Notes: a model not told the origin generated them from the letters alone. A stretch of DNA of 64,000 nt from an uncultured Cellvibrionales bacterium (GCA_963933215.1 CAWVSB010000010.1:32256-96255); one strand, 5' to 3'; numbered from the stretch's first letter, positions 1 to 10,174 are shown. A program made the numbers and translations.

Positions 1-1781
1 CTTATTACACCAGCATTACCATTGATCAACCGGCGAAGGTTGGCATTGGCCAAGCCCGCATGGGCTTTTGGGCTGGCGGTAATCACACCTGGACTGACTC
101 AAACGTCGCACTGATTATTGGCAACAATACTTTGGTTTCACACTTCTCAATTCCTGGTGGCATTCCTGCTTTTAGCCCCAGCAATGCTTTACGTGAGGGC
201 AAAAAACGCGGCATGAAAATTATTTGTGTTGATCCGCGCAAATCTGAAGTCGCTTCACGCTCTGATATTCACCTACAAATAAAACCTGGGCAAGACGCGG
301 TATTACTGGCAGGGCTTATCCATATTATTCTTGCCGAGAACTTACATGACGTTGAATTTTGCACTGAAAATATTGAAAATCTGGCAGAATTTAAAACTAA
401 TCTTAGCCGCTTTAATCCTACCTATGTGGCTGAGCGTTGTGAGCTAGAACAAGACGACATCATCGCTGCGGCGCGCCTATTCGCCGCTGGCCCTAATGGT
501 TCAGCCAGTACTGGCACCGGCCCTGAAATGGGGCCCCATGGCAACTTAATCCAACATTTAACCCAGTCTATTAATGCTATTTGCGGTCGGCATTATCGGG
601 CTGGCGAAAAGCTACCTAACGCTGGTGTCCTTTCGCCGCTGGCGCAACCGTTAGCGCAAGCGGTGCCACCGCAACCCGAATGGCTGACAGGTATTCGTAG
701 CCGGGTGTCAGATGACATTGGTGAAGTGACGGTACTTACGGCTAATGGCCCGATCAAAGAAATGCCAACCGCTATTTTAGCCGATGAAATATTAATGGCA
801 GGTGATGGTCAAGTTAAAGCACTTATCTGCGTTGGCGGTAACCCATTGCTAGCATGGCCTGGAGAAGAAAAAGCGTATAAAGCGCTGCAGAATTTAGACC
901 TGTTAGTCTGTATAGATTATAAAATGTCGGCCAGCGCCGAAATGGCTGATTATGTGGTCGGCGCTAAGCTTTGTCTTGAGCGTGACGATTTAACCGTACT
1001 GACTGACATATGGTATGAACAGCCCTATAGCCAGTACGCCAAAAAAGTTGTCGACGCTGAGGGCGATGTGATTGAAGAATGGGAACTATTTTGGGAGCTT
1101 GGTAAGCGTCTGGGGCTTAATTTAAGTATCAACCAACAACATCCATTGGACATGAAAAACAAACCGAGCAAACGAGACATTTTAGCAAAAATGACAACCG
1201 ACTCGCGGGTGCCGCTAGATGAGATATACCAACGTGAAGGTGGCCATGTGTATGACGTGCCAGATGTTATCGTAGGGCCAGCAGACCCTGCGACCAAAGG
1301 TTATTTGAATTTATTACCGGAAGGAATTAGCAGCGAACTGAGCAAAGCGGCAGCAGATGCAGATGTCAGCTTACAACAAAAAACCGACTATCCCTTCCAA
1401 CTAATTAGTCGTCGAATGAAAAACGTTTATAATTCTACTGGTGTGGAGCTAAGCTTTCTCGCAGCTAAAGGCACTACTAATCCAGCCTTTATAAATCCTG
1501 CAGATATGTCTGCGTTGGGGATTGAAGATGGTGAAATAATTTCTATCGGTTCTCATCGAGGAGAAATTCCAGCAGTCGCCAAAAGCAGTCCCGACATTAA
1601 AGTTGGCGTGGTATCGATGGCTCATGGTTGGGGTGGTATGCCAGGCAATATTGGCGATAGTAAAGTACGAGAAATTGGTTCCAATACAAATCGCTTAATC
1701 AATAATTCAGATGAACCTGAAAGATATTCCGGTATGGCCAGACAAAGCGCAATTGCGGTAAAATTAACCAAGGCTAGTTAA
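1..1781 (+). CDS. Molybdopterin-dependent oxidoreductase (DMSO reductase family), 5'-truncated by window edge
   Basis: Frame is open from base 3 (YYTSITIDQPAK...) into the 60..1781 ORF. Motifs CVDPRKSE, IKPGQDAVL, GGNPL and a C-terminal molydop-binding region (SRRMKNVYNS, INPADM, VVSMAHGW). Confidence 0.85.
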   Translation, partial: YYTSITIDQPAKVGIGQARMGFWAGGNHTWTDSNVALIIGNNTLVSHFSIPGGIPAFSPSNALREGKKRGMKIICVDPRKSEVASRSDIHLQIKPGQDAVLLAGLIHIILAENLHDVEFCTENIENLAEFKTNLSRFNPTYVAERCELEQDDIIAAARLFAAGPNGSASTGTGPEMGPHGNLIQHLTQSINAICGRHYRAGEKLPNAGVLSPLAQPLAQAVPPQPEWLTGIRSRVSDDIGEVTVLTANGPIKEMPTAILADEILMAGDGQVKALICVGGNPLLAWPGEEKAYKALQNLDLLVCIDYKMSASAEMADYVVGAKLCLERDDLTVLTDIWYEQPYSQYAKKVVDAEGDVIEEWELFWELGKRLGLNLSINQQHPLDMKNKPSKRDILAKMTTDSRVPLDEIYQREGGHVYDVPDVIVGPADPATKGYLNLLPEGISSELSKAAADADVSLQQKTDYPFQLISRRMKNVYNSTGVELSFLAAKGTTNPAFINPADMSALGIEDGEIISIGSHRGEIPAVAKSSPDIKVGVVSMAHGWGGMPGNIGDSKVREIGSNTNRLINNSDEPERYSGMARQSAIAVKLTKAS

Positions 1782-1847
1782 GCTGTACTTTTTATCTGAC
1801 AATTTTAATTATATGACTACTAATATCCTAACGAGGACTCACCGCAA

Positions 1848-3314
1848 ATGTTAAACCTTTTAAATCAATCCCTGCTATGCGACAAGCTCTATATCAACGG
1901 CGAATGGGTTGGCGCAGACAGCAGCGCAGTAATGCCAGTATTAAATCCAGCGACCAAAGAAAAGATTATTGATATTGCTGATGCTGGAGCCAGTGAAACG
2001 CAGCGCGCAATAGCGGCGGCTGATGTGGCTTTTCAAAGCTGGCGCAAGGTCCCTGCCAAAGAACGCGGCGCGGCCTTAAAACGTTGGTTTACACTAATTA
2101 TGGACAACCAAGCCGACCTTGCCCAGTTAATGACTGCCGAACAAGGTAAGCCGTTAGCTGAGTCTGCTGGCGAAGTAGCCTACGGCGCCTCATTTGTTGA
2201 GTGGTTTGCCGAAGAAGGCCGCCGCGTTTACGGCGACATCATCGCATCCAATAACCCGACGCAACGTATTATTACGCTAAAACAACCCATTGGCGTGGTG
2301 GCGGCAATAACACCGTGGAACTTCCCCATTGCAATGATTACCCGCAAGGTTGCCCCAGCCCTTGCTGCGGGCTGCACTATTGTATTAAAACCGGCACCCG
2401 ATACCCCGTTATGCGCATTGGCACTGGCTAAACTAGCTGAAGATGCGGGCATTCCCGCTGGTGTGTTTAGCGTAATTACTGGCCTTGACGCCCCCGCTAT
2501 TGGCGGTGAGATAACGGCAAGTAAAATTATTCGTAAGGTTACCTTCACTGGGTCGACTGAAGTAGGCAAAATACTAATGGCGCAATGTGCCGGCACTGTG
2601 AAGCGAACCTCAATGGAGCTAGGCGGTAATGCGCCATTTATTGTCTTTGATGATGCTGACTTAGATGCTGCCGTGATTGGTGCCATGGCCTCAAAATATC
2701 GCAACGCTGGTCAAACCTGTGTTTGTGCCAATCGCATACTGGTGCAAGAAGGCGTGTTTGATGCTTTCGCTGAGAAGCTAGTCACCGCCGTGAAGGCGTT
2801 AAAAATAGGCAATGGCGCCGACGACGGCGTCACTATTGGCCCGCTTATCAATGATGCAGCCTTTGATAAAGTTAGCGCTATTGTCAAGCAGGCAACTAAC
2901 AACGGTGCCAAAGTACTTATTGGTGGTAAAGGCACTGAAGAAGATGGCAAAAACTTCTTTGAACCCACGGTGTTGGTAGATTGCGATGACAGCATGGACG
3001 TATACACCAAAGAGATCTTTGGGCCAGTTGCACCACTGTTTAAATTCACAACAGAAGAGGAAGCTATTCGCATCGGTAATGACACCCCGTTTGGATTATC
3101 GGCTTACTTTTACTCCCGTGATATTGGCCGTATTTGGCGCGTGGCAGAAGGTTTAGAGTATGGCATTGTTGGTATTAACGAAGGCATTATCTCAACCGAG
3201 GTTGCGCCATTTGGTGGCATGAAGGAGTCAGGTACTGGCCGTGAAGGTTCTAAATACGGCATTGATGACTATCTAGAAATTAAATACCTTAATATGGGCG
3301 GCATCGATCAATAA
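1848..3314 (+). CDS. gabD: NAD(P)-dependent succinate-semialdehyde dehydrogenase
   Basis: ALDH motifs ITPWNFP, FTGSTEVG, SMELGGNAP, RNAGQTCVC, EIFGP, PFGGMKESG.GREGSKYG; RBS GAGGA upstream. Confidence 0.9.
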   Translation: MLNLLNQSLLCDKLYINGEWVGADSSAVMPVLNPATKEKIIDIADAGASETQRAIAAADVAFQSWRKVPAKERGAALKRWFTLIMDNQADLAQLMTAEQGKPLAESAGEVAYGASFVEWFAEEGRRVYGDIIASNNPTQRIITLKQPIGVVAAITPWNFPIAMITRKVAPALAAGCTIVLKPAPDTPLCALALAKLAEDAGIPAGVFSVITGLDAPAIGGEITASKIIRKVTFTGSTEVGKILMAQCAGTVKRTSMELGGNAPFIVFDDADLDAAVIGAMASKYRNAGQTCVCANRILVQEGVFDAFAEKLVTAVKALKIGNGADDGVTIGPLINDAAFDKVSAIVKQATNNGAKVLIGGKGTEEDGKNFFEPTVLVDCDDSMDVYTKEIFGPVAPLFKFTTEEEAIRIGNDTPFGLSAYFYSRDIGRIWRVAEGLEYGIVGINEGIISTEVAPFGGMKESGTGREGSKYGIDDYLEIKYLNMGGIDQ

Positions 3315-3321
3315 CTACTAC

Positions 3322-3344
3322 AGGGCCCCAATAGGGCCTTTTTT
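3322..3344 (+). terminator. Rho-independent terminator after gabD
   Basis: GGCCC-caata-GGGCC stem followed by a T run. Confidence 0.7.
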
Positions 3345-3466
3345 ACTGCTATCAACCAATAACTTATCCCGCTAAATTAATTTTTAGTTTATACTTTAGT
3401 TATATTGTGATTGTTTTAAACAGGATATCTTGTTTTTAATTAAATCTACCACTCTATGGGAACAAA

Positions 3467-4147
3467 ATGACTGCTGGCAGCAAGAACAACACGAAAGCAA
3501 AAGCAAAGAACGGCGTAAGCTGGCAAGCACAAAAAAGTGCTATGACTCGCGACCGCATCTTAGATGCGGCTATCGATTGCTTTATCAACCTTGGCTATAC
3601 CAATGTCACCACGGCTAAAGTCGCCGACTTTGCCGGTGTATCGCGCGGCGCCATGCTGCACCACTTCCCTTCTAAAATAGAACTTATTCGCGCGGCCATT
3701 GAATACCTGCATGAAAAGCTATTAGAAGACTACACCAACCGGGTGACCAATCTTTCAACTGATTTAACTGGTGCCAAGCGTCGCCGCGCTGGCCTAGAAG
3801 CTTACTGGGAGCATTTAACTGGCGACTTGTTTATTGCCTACCATGAGTTATGCGTTGCTGGCCGCACCGATACCGACTTACATGAGATTTTAGACCAGTC
3901 GATTACTAGCTTTGAAGACCATGTTAATGAAACCAACACTGATCTATTTAACGAATGGCATGATCGCGGAGAGCGCTATATGCTGGCGATGGATTTAACC
4001 AAGTTTTTAATGGAAGGTATGGCCGTTGGTCAAATTGGAAAAGATAAAGAAAAGCGTATTAGCCGCTTATTAGATTATTTGACTGATCGTTTAGAGGAAA
4101 TATTTGAAGAAGACGAATCGAGTGCTATCGGGAGGCACTCAAGTTAA
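3467..4147 (+). CDS. TetR/AcrR family transcriptional regulator
   Basis: N-terminal HTH TRDRILDAAIDCFINLGYTNVTTAKVADFAGVSRGAMLHHFPSK. Confidence 0.9.
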   Translation: MTAGSKNNTKAKAKNGVSWQAQKSAMTRDRILDAAIDCFINLGYTNVTTAKVADFAGVSRGAMLHHFPSKIELIRAAIEYLHEKLLEDYTNRVTNLSTDLTGAKRRRAGLEAYWEHLTGDLFIAYHELCVAGRTDTDLHEILDQSITSFEDHVNETNTDLFNEWHDRGERYMLAMDLTKFLMEGMAVGQIGKDKEKRISRLLDYLTDRLEEIFEEDESSAIGRHSS

Positions 4148-4162
4148 CTTCTGATTCGTAAT

Positions 4163-4199
4163 ATAAAAAGGCAGAGTGATTAAACTCTGCCTTTTTTAT
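4163..4199. terminator. Bidirectional intrinsic terminator between convergent genes
   Basis: ATAAAAAGGCAGAGT-gattaa-ACTCTGCCTTTTTTAT, with an A-tract on one side and a T-tract on the other. Confidence 0.85.
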
Positions 4200-4218
4200 T
4201 GACCCGATAATTAATCCT

Positions 4219-5331
4219 TTATGCTGCTAAATCAGTGAATCGCTGCAAATAGAAATCTTCGTCGCCATACAACATACCTAGCAGTAGTAAGCGCTTAAAG
4301 TGATGACCCACAATCAACTCATCGGTCATGCCGATACCGCCATGTAACTGGATCGACTCTTGCGATACGAATCTGCCAGCTTCACAAACTTTTACTTTTA
4401 GCGCGCTACACGCTGCATCTATTTCATCACTGCCAGCATCCATTTGGATAACTGCGTTAAACAACAATGAGCGCGTCTCCTCTACCTTTAAATACATATC
4501 GGCCATACGATGCTGCAAGGCCTGAAACTTGCCTATAGGCTGGCCGAATTGCGTGCGTGTTTTGGTATATTCAACGGTAGTGTCTAACAGACTTTGCATA
4601 GCGCCCAATGCTTCAGCGCCGATGGCAATAATAGAATCGTTAACCGCTTGCTGTACCAACACTAAACCGTTATCCAATTCACCTAATACATTATCTGCTG
4701 ACACTGCGACATTATTGAAACTTACATTCGCGCCACGACTAGCATCGACCGCTGAAAAAGCTTGCCGGCTAACACCATCTGCACTAGCATCAACAATAAA
4801 TACGCTGACGCCGGTGGCCGTTTTCGCAGTAACTATTAAATGATCGGCATGCTCTCCATTTAGCACTGCGATTTTGTCACCGCTTAAGACAAAACCGTCG
4901 CTTTGTTCGGCAGTTGTTTTAATAGCCGCCATGTCATAACCGCTGCAAATTTCAGCAAACGCAAAAGCCCACTGACTGCGCCCCTCTATTATTGCTGGGA
5001 TATATTTACTTTGTTGCTCGCTATTACCACCGTGGCGCAAAAAACTGCCACTAGTAATAACCGTGCTTAAAATTGGCTCACGCACCAAGGCTTTTCCTAA
5101 CACCTCACAAATCACCATCACATCAACTGCAGCGCCGCCAAAGCCGCCATGGGCTTCGCTAAAAGGCACGCTTAACCAACCTAGTTCAGCAAATTGTTGC
5201 CAAGCACCTTTATCAAAGCCCTGCTTGGTCGCATTTAATTGTCGATGACGGTCGACGTCACAATTGTCGCGAACATACTTTTCAACGCTGTCTTGTAACA
5301 GAGTCTGTTCTTCGCTAAGCGAAAAATCCAT
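4219..5331 (-). CDS. Acyl-CoA dehydrogenase family protein (PimD-like small subunit type)
   Basis: MDFSLSEEQ start, RTQFGQPIGKFQALQHRMADM, IQLHGGIGMTDE; degenerate FAD N-terminal motif (AFAEICSGYD) and a YGDED C-terminus. Confidence 0.85.
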   Translation of the reverse strand: MDFSLSEEQTLLQDSVEKYVRDNCDVDRHRQLNATKQGFDKGAWQQFAELGWLSVPFSEAHGGFGGAAVDVMVICEVLGKALVREPILSTVITSGSFLRHGGNSEQQSKYIPAIIEGRSQWAFAFAEICSGYDMAAIKTTAEQSDGFVLSGDKIAVLNGEHADHLIVTAKTATGVSVFIVDASADGVSRQAFSAVDASRGANVSFNNVAVSADNVLGELDNGLVLVQQAVNDSIIAIGAEALGAMQSLLDTTVEYTKTRTQFGQPIGKFQALQHRMADMYLKVEETRSLLFNAVIQMDAGSDEIDAACSALKVKVCEAGRFVSQESIQLHGGIGMTDELIVGHHFKRLLLLGMLYGDEDFYLQRFTDLAA

Positions 5332-5404
5332 AGTGAATCCTTGTTGCTACTAATATTTAATGTGAACCAGAAACAGTGGTTTCATCCTAGCAAAAGACCT
5401 CTTA

Positions 5405-5430
5405 TAAAACAATCAGGTCTGCCTGTTTTA
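5405..5430. promoter_or_regulatory. Palindromic operator, copy 1 (AAACAATCA-GGTC-TGCCTGTTT)
   Basis: Imperfect palindrome in a divergent intergenic region. Its reverse complement matches 37727..37749 at 20 of 23 positions. Confidence 0.65.
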
Positions 5431-5528
5431 TTTTAATAACAATTACATTAAACTAAAACCCTGTAACTAAATCCATGTGGTAATCGCAACGCTTAAGCTG
5501 ACGCCGCCAACTCTAACTAGGATTAGTA

Positions 5529-6233
5529 ATGAACGAGAAAACCTGTGTAATAGCCGGTGTCGGCCCCGGTATCGGCAAAGCCTGCTGCGAACATTATGCT
5601 CAGCAGGGCTATCGCATAGTTATGCTGGCCCGCAACCAAGACTATTTAACTGAGCTAGCCAGCACACTGCCCGCTAATACCATTAGTATCGCCGTCGATC
5701 TAAGCGACGAAACCGGCGTTAACCAAGCCTTTGCCCAAATCGAGCAGCAATGTGGCGCCATTGACACGCTTATATATAACGCCGCTCGGGGCAGCTTTGG
5801 CAGCTTTTTAGAAGCCAAGCCAGAAGATTTAGCCAAAAATTTTGCCATTAACACCATGGGCTTACTCTATTGCGCCAGAGCGTGTGCGCCGAAAATGATA
5901 GCACATGGCCGCGGCTCCATAATGGTTACGGGCAATACCGCCGCCACTCGAGGTGGGGCAAAATTTGCCACCTTTGCGCCCTCTAAGGCCGCCGCTAGAA
6001 GCTTATGTCAATCAATGGCAAGAGAGCTTGGTCCGAAGCATGTGCATGTGGCATATTTAATAATAGATGGTGCCATCGATGGGCCCTTTGCCCGTGGTTT
6101 AAGCAAAGACAAACCAGACGATTTTTTTATTCAGCCCAAAGCAATTACTGAAGCAATTTGGTTTTTAGATCAACAACCCGAAAACAGTTGGACCTTTGAA
6201 ATGGATTTAAGACCATTTAAAGAGCCCTGGTAA
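5529..6233 (+). CDS. Short-chain dehydrogenase/reductase
   Basis: GVGPGIG Rossmann motif, YNAA, atypical FAPSK catalytic motif, C-terminal WTFEMDLRPFKEPW. Confidence 0.85.
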   Translation: MNEKTCVIAGVGPGIGKACCEHYAQQGYRIVMLARNQDYLTELASTLPANTISIAVDLSDETGVNQAFAQIEQQCGAIDTLIYNAARGSFGSFLEAKPEDLAKNFAINTMGLLYCARACAPKMIAHGRGSIMVTGNTAATRGGAKFATFAPSKAAARSLCQSMARELGPKHVHVAYLIIDGAIDGPFARGLSKDKPDDFFIQPKAITEAIWFLDQQPENSWTFEMDLRPFKEPW

Positions 6234-6270
6234 ATAACTAATCGCTAAAACTTAAAACAACTCATAACAA

Positions 6271-6291
6271 TAAACAGTAAACAGTAAACAG
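6271..6291 (+). repeat. (TAAACAG)x3 short tandem repeat just upstream of the RBS
   Basis: taaacag taaacag taaacag, read directly. Confidence 0.8.
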
Positions 6292-6309
6292 TAACAAGAG
6301 GATATAACC

Positions 6310-7758
6310 ATGAATGCCGTAAACGACCCTACTCAACAAGCACGTCAAGCTATGCAAACGGTTTTGGACGCACAAAAAAAGTCCTTTATTGCCGAAGGTG
6401 CAGTAAGCGTTGAAGTGCGTATTGAGCGCTTAGAGCGCTGCATAAAACAAGTGCTTAAATACCAAGATAAATTGGTTGCCGCGCTTAGTGAAGACTTTGG
6501 CGCACGCTCTGTTCAGCACAGTAAAATGATGGATGTTGCCGCCGCGGTCGGGCCACTGCAGCATGCTAAAAAGCATGTGAAAAAATGGATGAAAGCGGAA
6601 AAGCGCAGCACGATGTTTCCGCTAAACTTATTAGGTGCGCGTTCGCGTATTGAATATAACCCCCTGGGTGTAATCGGTATTATCAGCCCTTGGAATTTTC
6701 CAGTGAATTTAACCTTCGGCCCGTTAGCCAACGCACTAGCCGCGGGAAATCGCGCCATGATTAAACCGTCAGAGTTTTCTCCGGCCACATCAGAAGTAAT
6801 GAAACAATTAATCGAAGAAGAATTTGATAGCAGCGAGATTGCGGTATTCACCGGCGGCCCAGAAGTTGGCCAAGCATTTAGCTCACTTGCCTTCGACCAT
6901 CTTATCTTCACCGGCGCTACCTCGATTGCTCGCCACGTTATGGCAGCAGCGGCGCAGAACTTAGTGCCGCTAACACTAGAATTAGGCGGGAAATCACCAG
7001 TAATGATTGGCCGCACAGCAGATTTAAAGCAAGCAGCAGATCGAGTTATGTTTGGTAAAACATCTAATGCTGGGCAGATTTGTTTAGCCCCCGATTATGT
7101 ATTAGTAGCTGAAGAAAAGTTAGACGAGTTGGTAGAAAATCTAACTGCTTCGACCAAGATGATGTTTAGCAACCTTTTAGATAACCCAGACTACACTTCA
7201 ATCATCAATGATCGTCACTTTGAACGATTGCAAAGTTATATTAAGGATGCTGAAGAAAAAGGTGGCAAAGTGATCCAGCTTAATCCGGCCAATGAATCAT
7301 TTGAAGGCCAAGCGCATCATAAAATTCCACCAACATTAATTGTTGATGCAACTGATGACATGAAAGTTTTACAGGAAGAAATTTTTGGTCCGCTACTGCC
7401 AATTAAAACCTATAAAAACTATGACGAAGCGATTGCTTATGTAAATGCACAAGAGCGTCCTCTTGCGCTGTACTACTTCGGCGAGGACGCGATCGAGGAA
7501 CGTCATACCTTAGACCATACAATTTCAGGTGGGGTAACACTTAATGATGTCATTATGCATGTTGTCCAAGAAGACCTTCCCTTCGGTGGTGTAGGCCCAA
7601 GTGGTATGGGCTCTTATCATGGCTTTGACGGTTTCAAAACCTTTAGCCATGCCCGTGCAATCTTTAAGCAAACCAAAAAGGATGTCGCTGGCATGATTGG
7701 CTTTCGACCGCCGTTTGGTGAAAAAACTGAGAAGACTATTAAGGGCATGATTAAATAG
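6310..7758 (+). CDS. calB: Coniferyl aldehyde dehydrogenase family ALDH
   Basis: PLGVIGIISPWNFP, GNRAMIKPSE, LELGGKSP, NAGQICLAPDY, PFGGVGPSGMGSYHG. Confidence 0.8.
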   Translation: MNAVNDPTQQARQAMQTVLDAQKKSFIAEGAVSVEVRIERLERCIKQVLKYQDKLVAALSEDFGARSVQHSKMMDVAAAVGPLQHAKKHVKKWMKAEKRSTMFPLNLLGARSRIEYNPLGVIGIISPWNFPVNLTFGPLANALAAGNRAMIKPSEFSPATSEVMKQLIEEEFDSSEIAVFTGGPEVGQAFSSLAFDHLIFTGATSIARHVMAAAAQNLVPLTLELGGKSPVMIGRTADLKQAADRVMFGKTSNAGQICLAPDYVLVAEEKLDELVENLTASTKMMFSNLLDNPDYTSIINDRHFERLQSYIKDAEEKGGKVIQLNPANESFEGQAHHKIPPTLIVDATDDMKVLQEEIFGPLLPIKTYKNYDEAIAYVNAQERPLALYYFGEDAIEERHTLDHTISGGVTLNDVIMHVVQEDLPFGGVGPSGMGSYHGFDGFKTFSHARAIFKQTKKDVAGMIGFRPPFGEKTEKTIKGMIK

Positions 7759-8091
7759 CGGGTAAACGCTAAACCAAGCTCAGCTAGTGCTTAATTGCTG
7801 GTTCAGACATTAAACAACGGCACGGAAGCTGTATATGCTGATGACTAGCGCTTCGTAAGTTCATCCACAATAGCGTTTACGACCTAGACAGCTGCAGTTA
7901 ACAATCGCACCGGCGTCTGCTGGCAGTTTATCACCGTGATATCATAGTCGATGGCTATAAACGTTATAAAAATTCTGGGGACTGTCGCGGCCAATAATTA
8001 CTTGAGCGCTAGGCTTATACCCAGAAAAAAATGTAGTATTGATCTGCTGGTTGTTTCGAAACGTAACATAGTAGTATAAACGTTACTACAC

Positions 8092-8338
8092 AGTTTGTAC
8101 TTTATTCGAAAGCCTACCAATAGGGATTTACTATGCAGCGCGTGATTGTCTCAGTGATTTGTTTGGCCTTCTTTAGTGGCTGTGTGCAACTCAAGAACAA
8201 GCGTAGCGTGGAACCGAGTTTGTACTTTATTCGAAAGCCTACCAATAAGGATTTACTATGCAGCGCTTAATTGTCTCAATGATTTTTTTGGCCTTCCTTA
8301 GTAGCTGTGTGCAATTCAACAACAAGCGTGGCGTGGAA
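8092..8338 (+). repeat. Diverged 122-bp tandem duplication (8092-8213 and 8217-8338, period 125) of the 5' end of a lipoprotein gene
   Basis: Both copies begin AGTTTGTACTTTATTCGAAAGCCTACCAATA and end GCGTGGAA. I counted 10 mismatches by eye. Confidence 0.95.
8133..8270 (+). CDS. Possible 45-aa lipopeptide ORF created by the duplication (or gene remnant)
   Basis: MQRVIVSVICLAFFSGCVQLKNKRSVEPSLYFIRKPTNKDLLCSA*. Retains RBS (AGGGA) and lipobox FSGC, and overlaps the next start. Confidence 0.35.
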   Translation: MQRVIVSVICLAFFSGCVQLKNKRSVEPSLYFIRKPTNKDLLCSA

Positions 8339-8617
8339 GTGGCGTGGCAGCCTAAGGTGGTCAGCGAGATGGAGCGCGGCATTACTTCGCGTGCCGATGT
8401 ATTAGACGCTCTTGGGCCGCCGTCGCAGGTCATATCCCTTGATGAAGAAACAGTTATGTACTATCTGTTTGAAAAAGCAGAGGGTAATGGCTTAATGCTG
8501 ATCGTTTACAACACCGTCAAAATTGAAACGCGCTATGACCGTGCAATTTTCTTTTTCGACGAAAACGACATACTAACCGACTTCTCCACCCGAATTTATC
8601 CAACGGATGACCAATAA
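8258..8617 (+). CDS. Lipoprotein, SmpA/BamE-like domain
   Basis: Lipobox LSSC; G.TSRADVLDALGPPS and .FFFDENDIL patterns typical of the SmpA/OmlA fold. Confidence 0.65.
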   Translation: MQRLIVSMIFLAFLSSCVQFNNKRGVEVAWQPKVVSEMERGITSRADVLDALGPPSQVISLDEETVMYYLFEKAEGNGLMLIVYNTVKIETRYDRAIFFFDENDILTDFSTRIYPTDDQ

Positions 8618-8620
8618 GTC

Positions 8621-9211
8621 TTGAACGGGTATCGCACTGTCATACTACTGCTATTTGTTGCGCTGTCTGGGTGTGTACAAACCCGTTACTACGAGCTTGG
8701 ACTGCCGCTTAAAAAGGCAGATTCGCCTGATCCTGCAGCCAATGTCACTATGGCTGATGTAATGGATAGCCTAGGACCGCCGTTGCGACTATCGACCAAG
8801 CCTGCCGGCTACATTATGGCCTGGGAATATTGGTATATCAGCCAGATAACTGTTGGTTTCAGCCCTGCCGGGGCAGATTTTCTTTCCATGGACTGGGGTT
8901 CTGCAACCGCTAAAGGTGATTTTCTGTTAATGAGTTTCGACAAAGACCATCGGTTATTAACCAGTCATCTTCAAGAGTGGGATTTTAATGCCGGTGGCGG
9001 TCAAGGTGTACAGGCATTTGTCAGCGCGGTTGATATGGTCGACATTGACGATCTATTACAGCAATTGCCGCCCCACCAATGGGGCTTTAATAATCTCGAC
9101 GAACTGCCAACCGCGCTTAATCGCGACAACAGGCTGGACAGCGGTCAGAGCGGTATTGAACAGCGAGGGACGAGTCGACGAGTCGGTCAGCATGCTTTGG
9201 AAGTGAATTAA
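8621..9211 (+). CDS. Lipoprotein, distantly SmpA/BamE-like
   Basis: Lipobox LSGC; TMADVMDSLGPP and SFDKDHRL echo the upstream gene. TTG start 3 nt after the upstream stop. Confidence 0.6.
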   Translation: MNGYRTVILLLFVALSGCVQTRYYELGLPLKKADSPDPAANVTMADVMDSLGPPLRLSTKPAGYIMAWEYWYISQITVGFSPAGADFLSMDWGSATAKGDFLLMSFDKDHRLLTSHLQEWDFNAGGGQGVQAFVSAVDMVDIDDLLQQLPPHQWGFNNLDELPTALNRDNRLDSGQSGIEQRGTSRRVGQHALEVN

Positions 9212-9359
9212 GGGTCGGTGATTTACTATAGCCCTTACGAGCAAATCTAAGCAATGGGGGCCGAGCAAATTGGCGGCCAACGACCCTCACAATTTTAACC
9301 TGTCGCTGTGGATATCAAAAATCTTAACTATGGTGGCAGCGGAGTTGAAAAAAATAGAC

Positions 9360-10112
9360 TTACAACGCGTAGGTCTGATTGAGATAAATCATAATATCGC
9401 TGGACTCAAACATTTCTATGTCAATATTTGGATCAATCAAATAGGGAACTTGGACCTTACCCGTTTGTTCCAATAGTCGCAGACGGTTACGACCTTGCAC
9501 CGGCTCATCGGGAAATAACTTGGCACGAATACTAGGTGGCCCCATATCTTTCAACATTGCCTTGCCGGTATTTCGCAACTCGTAAGCTAGCTCTAGTTCG
9601 CACAATAGCTCTCTTACTGGACGAGAAAACGGACTAGATTCAAAACTGTATAGAATTAAAGACTGTACTGGTTTACTGGCAGATTTAACCCGTTGCCCTT
9701 TTAAGCCGCGACTAGCCGATGACAACATGGAACCGGCAAGTTTTAACCCGTGTAAGCTAGGTCCATTACTTTTTCCACCATAGGTTTTAACTAAATAAGC
9801 AACAATATCTGCCGACTCATACATCTCGATCCCTGTGTTGCTATCAACTAAAAACGGAAACTGCGCTTTACCGCCCTTCTCTTTGGCAAGCGGCCTGTAA
9901 CGCTCACCCCCCTTAGGGCAAGGATAAATAATCGCGTCTAGATCAAGCACAGTGAGAGCCTCACGGACCACACGGCAATAAGGGCAGTTTTCAATATCAT
10001 ATAGCTCTAGCAACTGGACCGGCGGATTTGGTGCAGGCCTTGAATTAGTGCCACGCCAGAAGCTAGCTGTTGACGCAAGAGTTGACGTTAAGGTGTCGAT
10101 AAATGTATTCAT
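9360..10112 (-). CDS. Tandem GST N-terminal (glutaredoxin-like) domain protein
   Basis: Two repeats: ENCPYCRVVRE...GKAQFPFLVD...MYESADI and ESSPFSRPVRE...GKVQVPYLID...MFESSDI. ATG at 10112 preferred over TTG at 10127. Confidence 0.85.
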   Translation of the reverse strand: MNTFIDTLTSTLASTASFWRGTNSRPAPNPPVQLLELYDIENCPYCRVVREALTVLDLDAIIYPCPKGGERYRPLAKEKGGKAQFPFLVDSNTGIEMYESADIVAYLVKTYGGKSNGPSLHGLKLAGSMLSSASRGLKGQRVKSASKPVQSLILYSFESSPFSRPVRELLCELELAYELRNTGKAMLKDMGPPSIRAKLFPDEPVQGRNRLRLLEQTGKVQVPYLIDPNIDIEMFESSDIMIYLNQTYAL

Positions 10113-10174
10113 TGCTGATCTCGCCAATTATTAAAATTTTACTGCGGCATAATTAGTTATAGGCATGTTTAAAA

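Noticed and set aside
7818..7833. Sigma54 promoter CGGCACG-GAAG-CTGTA
   Set aside because: The -12 element lacks TTGC/GC and no enhancer boxes were seen.
8092..8338. Diversity-generating retroelement TR/VR pair
   Set aside because: Differences are not adenine-specific, the repeat covers a signal peptide rather than a C-terminal variable region, and there is no reverse transcriptase in the window.
9360..10112. Tandem glutaredoxin-like domains as a novel architecture
   Set aside because: Matches a known two-GST-N-domain family; not novel.
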